Notes under the pieces: generated by a model | What the model was told of the DNA's origin: nothing | What the model saw: only the letters and a program-made list of their open reading frames with translations | The model's database searches: none | Program-made: the position numbers and the translations under genes | DNA from: an uncultured Dehalococcoidia bacterium | GTDB taxonomy: Bacteria > Chloroflexota > Dehalococcoidia > Lucifugimonadales > UBA3495 | Assembly: GCA_964451445.1 (NCBI GenBank) | Contig: CAYVIG010000002.1 | Coordinates: 1-34,835, forward strand | Length of the DNA: 34,835 bases | Reading direction: 5' to 3' | In this document: positions 17,865 to 24,836 of the stretch, one piece after another | Layout: each line of letters begins with the position of its first letter | How positions within the stretch are numbered: position 1 is the stretch's first letter

Positions 17865-18314
17865 ATGGACGCTGAAACCGCCATATCCATCTTATTCGGC
17901 GCGCTATTGGCCATGTTCAGCGTCGCCGCCGTCGGATATTCTTTTTTCCGTGACAATCAACCGTTACCTGCCGACAACCCCACCTCATCTGATGCCGATG
18001 ACCAGGCCCTGGCAGATATCTTCGATGCCATAACCACCTTGGACCTTGAGTATCAGCTGGGGAGGTTGCCCGAGGAACAGTTCCAGGAGCAGTTCCAGGC
18101 ATACCGTGTGCATGCGGCAACGGTTCTTCGAGAGCAGCTTGTGGCCGGACGCGGCGACCCCGCCTGGGTCTTGGAACAAGAGATACTGCTGGCCAGAGGT
18201 CGGCATGAAAGTGCCGATGGGAGGGTAGTAGCCTGCCCTGATTGCAGCGCCGCCGTATTGGAAAGCGCTCCCAACTGCCCCCACTGCGGCACCGAACTGG
18301 TGTCCCAGTCGTGA
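17865..18314 (+). CDS. Hypothetical membrane-anchored zinc-ribbon protein
   Basis: It has an N-terminal TM segment (ISILFGALLAMFSVAAVGYSFF), the motif LDLEYQLGRLPEEQF and a C-terminal CPDC...CPHC zinc ribbon. Its stop overlaps the next start (GTGA). Confidence 0.65.
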   Translation: MDAETAISILFGALLAMFSVAAVGYSFFRDNQPLPADNPTSSDADDQALADIFDAITTLDLEYQLGRLPEEQFQEQFQAYRVHAATVLREQLVAGRGDPAWVLEQEILLARGRHESADGRVVACPDCSAAVLESAPNCPHCGTELVSQS

Positions 18315-19540
18315 AGATCAAGCTCTCTTTCTTACTCGTCTTGGCCGTCGTGACCTGCTTTTTCCCACTTGGCAGACCGTCTTTGCTGGCCCAGGAGACC
18401 ATCGAAGTACGAGGGCAGGTGATAAACGGCACAGCAGGCGCAGAGATCCCCGATGACCTAAGCGTTTTAATGCTTATCACCGACACTGACGGCAGACTAT
18501 CCGGCACTGGGCAGACCAGCCCGGATGGAAAGGGCCGATTCGTGTTTGAAGACGTTCAGGTCGAAAACGGGAACACCTACACCGTCAGCGTGGACCACCT
18601 GGGCGTGTTTTACGGAGTCTCCTTTGCTACCGACGGACTGGGAGATGACTTGCTCCTGACCGTGTACGAGACAACTCGCGACGCATCGATAATCGATGTG
18701 GAACGCCAAGTTATGGTGATTGCCGCCGTTGACAAGGACGAACAGATGGTCAGCGCCATTGAATTTGTCCGCATTGTGAACCCTTCTGACCGGACCCTGC
18801 TCCCGGATCTGACCAACATGGAGCAGATCAGCTTTTTGCGTTTCGCCCTGCCCCCTGATCCTGCTGAGTTGAGTGTGCAGTCAGACCTGCCTGGCGGTGA
18901 CATCGTGTCCATCGGGACCGGTTTTGCCCTGACATCTCCCGTGGTTCCAGGTGCTCACAGCATAGACTTCAGCTACGTCTTCCCGTATGAAGATGAGACG
19001 GTCTCCTACCGGCAGAGCCTGGTACAAGGGGCCGGTATTTTTCAGATTCTGGTACCAGATGCAGTCCCGAGCATGGCAGCGCCTGGTCTGACCAACGTGA
19101 AACCCGTGGATATTCAAGGGGCTTCATACCGGGCCTACGAGGACCGGGACTTACCCAAGGGACAAGGATTGCAGATCGAGATTACCGGGTTGCCGCTCCC
19201 AGGCGTCTGGGCAAGGTTCTCAAACTCGATCACCAGCGGCAGGTTCTGGCAGATCACCATACCCAGCGCTCTGGGTGCCACGCTGGCTTTTATGCTCCTG
19301 TGGGGTCTCATACGTGGTTATCGACCGGATTCCGGTATAGATGGCCAGTTAGCAGCCTCTCCCGCCCTGGATGCGGCTGAGAGGGCATCTGTGGTACGGG
19401 CAGTGGCAGCACTCGACCTTCGATTCCAGGAAGGAGCTGTCCCAGAACAGGATTACCTCACTCACCGACAACAGTTGCTGGACCGGGTGCTTGCCCCTGG
19501 CGGTGTCGACCACGAACAGCGTGCGGAGCAGGCAGAATGA
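18311..19540 (+). CDS. Hypothetical exported protein with C-terminal TM anchor (carboxypeptidase-regulatory-like beta-sandwich region)
   Basis: I prefer the GTG start at 18311 (VKIKLSFLLVLAVV... signal peptide) over the track start at 18242, which overlaps the upstream gene. It has a GRFVFEDVQVENGNTYTV region, the TM segment ALGATLAFMLLWGLI and the tail motif LDLRFQEGAVPEQDY. Confidence 0.65.
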   Translation: MKIKLSFLLVLAVVTCFFPLGRPSLLAQETIEVRGQVINGTAGAEIPDDLSVLMLITDTDGRLSGTGQTSPDGKGRFVFEDVQVENGNTYTVSVDHLGVFYGVSFATDGLGDDLLLTVYETTRDASIIDVERQVMVIAAVDKDEQMVSAIEFVRIVNPSDRTLLPDLTNMEQISFLRFALPPDPAELSVQSDLPGGDIVSIGTGFALTSPVVPGAHSIDFSYVFPYEDETVSYRQSLVQGAGIFQILVPDAVPSMAAPGLTNVKPVDIQGASYRAYEDRDLPKGQGLQIEITGLPLPGVWARFSNSITSGRFWQITIPSALGATLAFMLLWGLIRGYRPDSGIDGQLAASPALDAAERASVVRAVAALDLRFQEGAVPEQDYLTHRQQLLDRVLAPGGVDHEQRAEQAE

Positions 19541-20094
19541 GCAAACGCGTCTGGATAATGTTGGGCGGCGGCATTCCGCTCATCGCTTTGATCGCCCTTT
19601 TGGCCTGGGCTTCGATACGAACAGGAGGGAACCCAGGTGGGTTGGCCACCAACACCGACTTGGTCGAATTCAAGGTCGACGCGGAGACAGCCAGGGATTT
19701 CAGTCTGAATCTTATCGGCGGAGGGTCATTGAAGATCTCCGACTACCGAGGCCAGGTGGTGATGGTGGATTTTTGGGCGTCTTGGTGCCAGCCATGCCGT
19801 GTGGAGGCCCCAACGCTGGCTAAGGTCTATCAGGAGTTTCAAAGGCAACCCGTTGAATTCATCGGAGTAGACGTTTGGGACAATATCGGCGACGCCGAGG
19901 TCTTTCTTCAACAGGAAGGGCATAATTACCCCAACGGGTTCGACGGAGAAGGCGTCATCGCCATCGACTACGGAGTACGCGGCATCCCAGAAAAGTATTT
20001 CATCGACCGTGAGGGAGTCTTGGTCAAGAAGCTGTCCGGCCCATTGACCGAAACGACACTGCGCGACACGTTGAACGAGCTCTTAGCAAGATGA
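19537..20094 (+). CDS. Thiol:disulfide oxidoreductase, TlpA/ResA/CcmG(DsbE) family
   Basis: It has an N-terminal TM anchor, WASWCQPCRVE (WCxxC) and GVRGIPEKYFID. Its ATG overlaps the upstream stop (ATGA). Confidence 0.88.
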   Translation: MSKRVWIMLGGGIPLIALIALLAWASIRTGGNPGGLATNTDLVEFKVDAETARDFSLNLIGGGSLKISDYRGQVVMVDFWASWCQPCRVEAPTLAKVYQEFQRQPVEFIGVDVWDNIGDAEVFLQQEGHNYPNGFDGEGVIAIDYGVRGIPEKYFIDREGVLVKKLSGPLTETTLRDTLNELLAR

Positions 20095-20119
20095 GAACCA
20101 ACTCTAGAAGCACTGCCTT

Positions 20120-21127
20120 ATGAGTACACCACCGGTAGCAGTTGTCATGGACTGGGGCGGTACTTGGGCCCGAACGGCGGTGGTCAACCGACAAGGCGAT
20201 ATCCTATGGCAGTCGCGGGAACCCAACCCCCAGGGCGGCACCAAAGAAGAGTACCTGGGCAATGCTGAACGCTTACTGACCACCGCCATCGAACAGGCGG
20301 GAGCCAGCCCAATAGTGGGCATCGGCGCTGCGGTAGCGGGCCCGGTGGAACCAACAACCGGCACCTTCTACCAACCGCCGAACTTAAAAGTCCTGGACGG
20401 GGTGTCGTTCAACGCCCTCTGGGAAGAGAAGTTCTCCCTGCCCGTGAGGGTGGGCAACGATGCCAATCTGGCCGCCATGGGCGAGTACTACTTCGGAGCG
20501 GGCAAGCAGTCGGCAGACCAAGGCAGCCCGGTGAAGACCCTGTTTTACATCACGGTCAGCACCGGAGTTGGCGGCGGAGCAGTGGACAAGGGATCACCCT
20601 TCATGGGAGCCAACGGTCTCACAGGCGAGATTGGGCACACCTTGGTCGACAGCACGGAAGCCGCATTGACCTGCGAGTGTGGCTCACGGGGCTGTCTGGA
20701 GACACGGGCATCGGGCACCAATATCGCCCGAATAGCGAAGCAACGAGTTGCCTCCGGTGAGTTCCCCAAATCCGCCCTATCTGCTATTGATCCCGCCGCT
20801 CTTGATTCCGTAGCTGTTTTCAACGCTGCCGAGACCCACGACCCGCTGGCAATGTCTATCGTCGACGGAGTGGTCTCAGCCCTGTCCGTCGGTCTGACCA
20901 ACGTTGTCCACCTGTTCAACCCAAACATGATCGTGCTGGGCGGCGGGGTGCCCGTGGGGCTGGTCAAGTTGGCCGTGTTGAAACGAATCCAAGCGCAGAT
21001 ATCAGCGCGGGCCATGAGCGAACTTCACAAGGAGTTCCTTCTCACATCTGCGGTGCTGGGCGACTCGGTTGGCCTGGTCGGAGCCGCATCCCTGATCTGG
21101 GAGCAGCTTGGAGCCGATTCTCACTAG
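20120..21127 (+). CDS. ROK family sugar kinase/regulator-like protein (probable glucokinase-type)
   Basis: It has an N-terminal DWGGT nucleotide-binding motif, GVGGG and the ROK zinc motif CECGSRGCLE. Confidence 0.85.
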   Translation: MSTPPVAVVMDWGGTWARTAVVNRQGDILWQSREPNPQGGTKEEYLGNAERLLTTAIEQAGASPIVGIGAAVAGPVEPTTGTFYQPPNLKVLDGVSFNALWEEKFSLPVRVGNDANLAAMGEYYFGAGKQSADQGSPVKTLFYITVSTGVGGGAVDKGSPFMGANGLTGEIGHTLVDSTEAALTCECGSRGCLETRASGTNIARIAKQRVASGEFPKSALSAIDPAALDSVAVFNAAETHDPLAMSIVDGVVSALSVGLTNVVHLFNPNMIVLGGGVPVGLVKLAVLKRIQAQISARAMSELHKEFLLTSAVLGDSVGLVGAASLIWEQLGADSH

Positions 21128-21658
21128 AGTCTGCCACGCCACCCAGGCACTTCCCCAGATCAACCGCTGATCATCAGCAGGTACCATAGCTGGCCATACC
21201 GTGATATCTTCTTGTTCTTTCGACCGCCGTTGCCCACCTGGGATACATTCCAGCCAGGAAGGGAAGTACCAAAGGTATTTTCCGGCAACGCCTATCAGCG
21301 GTGGCAGAAACACTAACAGAATTACCGTCGTATCCAGCAGCACAACTGGGGCCAGGGCGAAGCCAAGCTGTTGAATGGCGAAGAGCCGCATCAGGGCGAA
21401 CACCGCAGCAACCGCGATCACGATGGCTGCTGCACTGAACACGACACCGAAGCTGTCACCCACTCCCTCTTTGATGGCATCCCTCACGCTGTAGCCCTGC
21501 CGGTATAACTCCTCCGCTCTGGTGATGGCAAAGTTCAGGTAATCCATTGAGATCCCGAACATCGGCGTGAAGACAAACAACGGCAGCCAAGACTCTATGA
21601 TGCCCGTAACCTCAACGCTAAGCAGGCCCTCCAACCCCCAACCCCAACAAAACCCCAC
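21002..21658 (-). pseudogene. C-terminal remnant of an MMPL/RND-superfamily transporter (only the last ~3-4 TM segments)
   Basis: FGISMDYLNFAITRAEELYRQG... plus following TM segments and ...YFPSWL match the C-terminal end of 700-1000-aa MMPL proteins. The frame is closed by TAG immediately upstream (21659..21661), 5 nt from the SDR stop. The tail overlaps the ROK 3' end by 126 nt. Confidence 0.5.
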
Positions 21659-21666
21659 TATTCGGG

Positions 21667-22437
21667 CTAGTTTATGTAGCGGCCGCCCATCACATTTACG
21701 CTGTCTCCGGTGATGTAACCTGACTCATCAGAAGCAAAGAACAGGCAGGCATTGGCAATGTCTTCCACCGTGGCCTGTCTGCCCATGGGAATCTCTTTCA
21801 AGTGTTCGTTGGAGCCACGTTCAACTCCCTGCTGGAACTCTGGATACCACTCAGGGTTGCCTCGGGTAGTGTCTGTGGAGCCTGGGTTAACCATGTTGGC
21901 GCGGATGTTGTAGGGTGCCATCTCAGCGGCCACGGCCCGCATCAAACCCAGGACGCCCGTCTTGGCGGTGGTGACGATGCTGGTACCTGGACGCCCGGTG
22001 ATGGCCGACTGGCCTCCCAGGGCTATGATGCTGCCGTTCTTACGGTCCATCATGCCCGGCAAGACCGCCTTGATCAGGTAGAAGGCGGCGTGCATGTTCA
22101 CACCCAAGGTGTGGTGCCATTCCTCGTCGGTCACTTCCAGGATGGGTTTGTGGGGGCGAATGGCCACGTTATTGACCAGGATGTCTATCTTGCCCAGTTC
22201 TTTGATGCCCTCTGCTACCATGGACGTGACAGTGTCGGAATCTGAAACGTCGCCCAGCACCGTATGAACCCGGACTCCCAGTTCCTTGCATTTCTCCGCC
22301 ACTTCATTCAACTCAGGCTGGCTAGAGCGGGTGTTAAGGATCAGATCAGCCCCTTCGCGGGCAAAGGTAATAGCGACCTCTCGGCCAATGTTCCGGCTGG
22401 CGCCGGTGATCAGGGCTGTCTTTCCTTCGAGTCGCAT
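21667..22437 (-). CDS. SDR family oxidoreductase (FabG-like fold; atypical active site)
   Basis: It has the Rossmann motif TGASRNIGREV, NNVA and IRANMVNPG. The canonical YxxxK position reads VTTAK. Confidence 0.85.
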   Translation of the reverse strand: MRLEGKTALITGASRNIGREVAITFAREGADLILNTRSSQPELNEVAEKCKELGVRVHTVLGDVSDSDTVTSMVAEGIKELGKIDILVNNVAIRPHKPILEVTDEEWHHTLGVNMHAAFYLIKAVLPGMMDRKNGSIIALGGQSAITGRPGTSIVTTAKTGVLGLMRAVAAEMAPYNIRANMVNPGSTDTTRGNPEWYPEFQQGVERGSNEHLKEIPMGRQATVEDIANACLFFASDESGYITGDSVNVMGGRYIN

Positions 22438-22451
22438 GGTTAATTCACCTT

Positions 22452-22478
22452 ATTCGATTTCAAAATTTGATTTCAAAT
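22452..22478 (-). promoter_or_regulatory. Tandem ATTTGAAATC(A/G)AAT palindromic motif upstream of the SDR gene (candidate operator/promoter element)
   Basis: The minus strand reads cATTTGAAATCAAATTTTGAAATCGAAT. ATTTGA-nn-TCAAAT is a 14-bp inverted repeat ending 28 nt before the ATG. The same 12-mer occurs upstream of the CMD gene at 23952. Confidence 0.35.
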
Positions 22479-22713
22479 GCTGGCAGCTTGATTCTTGGAA
22501 ACCGCATCCCAGCGCGCTAGATTCTACCACCTTGGCCCAAGCAATAGCGGAACATGCCTGCTTGACCACGCCGGAGTGCGGTGTAGAATTGGCCTGAAAG
22601 ATTAATGGCTGCCCAAGCGCCAAGGTTTTGACTGAAGCCATACTGAGTCTATCCCAAAGCTCGAATTGAAGCCGGAGCCGACCGCGTGCAGCCCAAAATG
22701 AGGTAAAACAAAC

Positions 22714-23496
22714 ATGAAATGGTGCAGATTCTCCAATGGCGGGCCCATCTCCTTTGGCATCATCGAGGGCGACACGGTAACCCAGGTTGATGGCAGCCCC
22801 TTTGATAGCTACACAAAGACCTCAACTACCCTCAAGTTGGACTCGGTCAAACTTGAGGTACCAGTCATACCTCCGACCTTCTACGCCGCTGGCATCAACT
22901 ACCCAGAGCATGTGACCTGGGCTGCCCAGATGCGCGGAGAGGAACCCGTCCTTCCGAAACAGGCCGATGTCGGATACCGGGCCATCAACGCGTTGGTCGA
23001 AGACGGCCACGACATCATCGTGCCCAAAGACGCCACCGAGATGCTGCAATACGAGGGTGAGCTGGTGGTGGTCATCGGCAAGACCTGCCGAAACGTGACC
23101 GAAGCCCAGGCTCTGGACTATGTGTTTGGATACACCATCGGCAACGACGTCAGCGAGCGCACCTGGCAACGGGGCGACAGGACAATGTGGCGGGCCAAGA
23201 ACACCGACACCTTCAAGCCAATGGGCCCCTGGATCGTCACCGACTTGAACCCAGACGACTTTCACGTGGTGATCAAGGTCAACGACCGGATCGTTGGTGA
23301 GTACGACGTTGCCACGGCCATCTTTGGCGTGCGCACGTTCATCAGCAAGATGAGTGAGTACCTGACACTGGTGCCCGGCGACGTTCTGTGGATGGGAACC
23401 GACGGCGCAACGGAGAACATGGTGGACGGCGACGTCTGCACCATCTCCATCAACGACATCGGCACCCTAACAAACAAAGTAAACTGGCAAAAATAG
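22714..23496 (+). CDS. Fumarylacetoacetate hydrolase (FAH) family protein
   Basis: YEGELVVVIGKTCRNV...GYTIGNDVSERTWQ is a typical FAH-family core. Length is 260 aa. Confidence 0.88.
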   Translation: MKWCRFSNGGPISFGIIEGDTVTQVDGSPFDSYTKTSTTLKLDSVKLEVPVIPPTFYAAGINYPEHVTWAAQMRGEEPVLPKQADVGYRAINALVEDGHDIIVPKDATEMLQYEGELVVVIGKTCRNVTEAQALDYVFGYTIGNDVSERTWQRGDRTMWRAKNTDTFKPMGPWIVTDLNPDDFHVVIKVNDRIVGEYDVATAIFGVRTFISKMSEYLTLVPGDVLWMGTDGATENMVDGDVCTISINDIGTLTNKVNWQK

Positions 23497-23529
23497 CTGC
23501 ACAGCAGCGTTTCTTGGGTCAGACTTATC

Positions 23530-23565
23530 GGAGTTCTCCCAATTTCCTGAAATTGGGAGAACTCC
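23530..23565. terminator. Bidirectional intrinsic-terminator-like hairpin between convergent genes
   Basis: GGAGTTCTCCCAATTT-cctg-AAATTGGGAGAACTCC forms a perfect 16-bp stem. It is followed by TTCTGTTT on the + strand. Confidence 0.7.
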
Positions 23566-23574
23566 TTCTGTTTG

Positions 23575-23952
23575 CTACTTATCCAGCCCGATTCCGGTCT
23601 CTGCGCTCCAAGCTTGCAGGCCGCGTCGGTAGGCCAGCGCGCCCATGGGCATGATCACGCACTGCATGGCCTCTAACACTTCCATGGGTGAGGCGCCTTC
23701 CTGGATGGCCACGTGGATGTGGGCCTGAATCTGGTCAACGTCGGCCTTCAGAGCAGCTTCCACGGCCACCTGCAGCAGTTCCTTGGTCTTGCGGTCCAGC
23801 AAGCGCTGTCCGGTGTAGGTGGCGTCGATGAACTGGTTGTAGGCGGTTACCCAGTCGATATCCACCTCGGCCATAATCCGGTGCATTTCAAGGGAGTAAC
23901 CTCGGTTCTCTGAGATCCTCTTAAGCATTTCCTCTTTTGTTTCTTCAGACAT
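23575..23952 (-). CDS. Carboxymuconolactone decarboxylase (CMD/AhpD-like) family protein
   Basis: The 125-aa protein has ...LDRKTKELLQVAVEAALKADVDQIQAHIHVAIQEGASPMEVLEAM..., typical of the CMD fold. It has no CxxC and an AAGGAG RBS. Confidence 0.8.
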   Translation of the reverse strand: MSEETKEEMLKRISENRGYSLEMHRIMAEVDIDWVTAYNQFIDATYTGQRLLDRKTKELLQVAVEAALKADVDQIQAHIHVAIQEGASPMEVLEAMQCVIMPMGALAYRRGLQAWSAETGIGLDK

Positions 23953-23977
23953 TATCGTGCTCCTTTTTGAATCTTTT

Positions 23978-23991
23978 AGTTGATTTCAAAT
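23978..23991 (-). promoter_or_regulatory. ATTTGAAATCAA motif upstream of the CMD gene (second copy of the SDR-upstream element)
   Basis: The minus strand reads gaATTTGAAATCAAct and ends 27 nt before the ATG at 23952. The 12-mer is identical to, and spaced almost the same as, the one at the SDR gene. Confidence 0.35.
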
Positions 23992-24063
23992 TCAATTGCG
24001 GTGGGCGAATTGTAATGCCTGAGGAGTGATGCCACCAGTACGCCTGGGGCGAAGCTAAGGCTC

Positions 24064-24759
24064 GTGTTACAATTCGCCAATCCTACCTGGATACCCGATT
24101 CCAGGACGCGCGGAGGTGTCACCACGGAGTCTAGATTCACACCCGAATATTTCCAGCGAGAGGACGAAGAGGACGACAGAGTTTTCTACCAGACCCCACG
24201 CCTGGTTGTACACATTGACCAAGGGGCCATCGCGGCCATCAGCGATTTTTTCGAATCACAGATACCCGAGAACGGGGAAATATTAGACTTGATGAGCAGT
24301 TGGCGAACCCATTGGCCAGCCAACCACCCCAAGGAAAAGATCGTCGGTCTGGGCCTGAACCAGGTCGAATTAAAAGAGAATCCAGACCTGGATGGATTTG
24401 TTGTTCATGACGTGAACAAAGATTTGGAACTGCCATTTGAAGACGAATCGTTCGATGCGGTGGTAATCACGGTCTCGGCCCAATACCTGACCAGCCCCAT
24501 AGAAACCTTTGCCCAGGTGAACCGAGTATTGCGCCCAGGCGGAGTGTTTATCGTCAGTTTCTCCAACCGCATGTTCGCCACCAAGGCGGTGCTGATCTGG
24601 CGCAACTCCACCGACCGCGGCCGAGTGGACCTGGTGGGCACCTACATGGAAGCCGCCGGAAATTTTGAAGACATCCAAGCGGCTTTCCTCAACCCGCAGA
24701 CCAGCCCACCCAACGACCCCATGTATGCCGTCTACAGCCGCAAAGCCAAACCCTCTTAG
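24064..24759 (+). CDS. Class I SAM-dependent methyltransferase (Methyltransf_11-like)
   Basis: It has ILDLMSSW, a DAVVITVSAQYL-type motif and VLRPGGVFIVSFSN. The start is GTG and its position is uncertain. Confidence 0.75.
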   Translation: MLQFANPTWIPDSRTRGGVTTESRFTPEYFQREDEEDDRVFYQTPRLVVHIDQGAIAAISDFFESQIPENGEILDLMSSWRTHWPANHPKEKIVGLGLNQVELKENPDLDGFVVHDVNKDLELPFEDESFDAVVITVSAQYLTSPIETFAQVNRVLRPGGVFIVSFSNRMFATKAVLIWRNSTDRGRVDLVGTYMEAAGNFEDIQAAFLNPQTSPPNDPMYAVYSRKAKPS

Positions 24760-24785
24760 TCAACCCAAAAGATAGTCCCTTCTTC

Positions 24786-24822
24786 CTCGCATGGGGAAGG
24801 TTAGGATGAGGGCGACTACCCG
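24786..24822 (-). repeat. Short dispersed intergenic repeat, copy 2 (reverse orientation)
   Basis: The reverse complement, GCCCTCATCCTAACCTTC-n7-GAGGAAGAAGGG, matches 2816..2850. Confidence 0.6.
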
Positions 24823-24836
24823 CTGAAACCAGGCTC

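Noticed and set aside
18242-18310. The track start codon (18242) for the exported protein gives a 23-aa Arg-rich N-terminal extension.
   Set aside because: It overlaps the upstream zinc-ribbon gene by 73 nt. The in-frame GTG at 18311 yields a clean signal peptide and a GTGA stop/start overlap.
23990-24080. A SAM or SAH riboswitch upstream of the methyltransferase.
   Set aside because: I cannot match the leader to any riboswitch consensus from memory (no SAM-I/II/V or SAH pseudoknot signatures are visible). I report it only as an inverted repeat.
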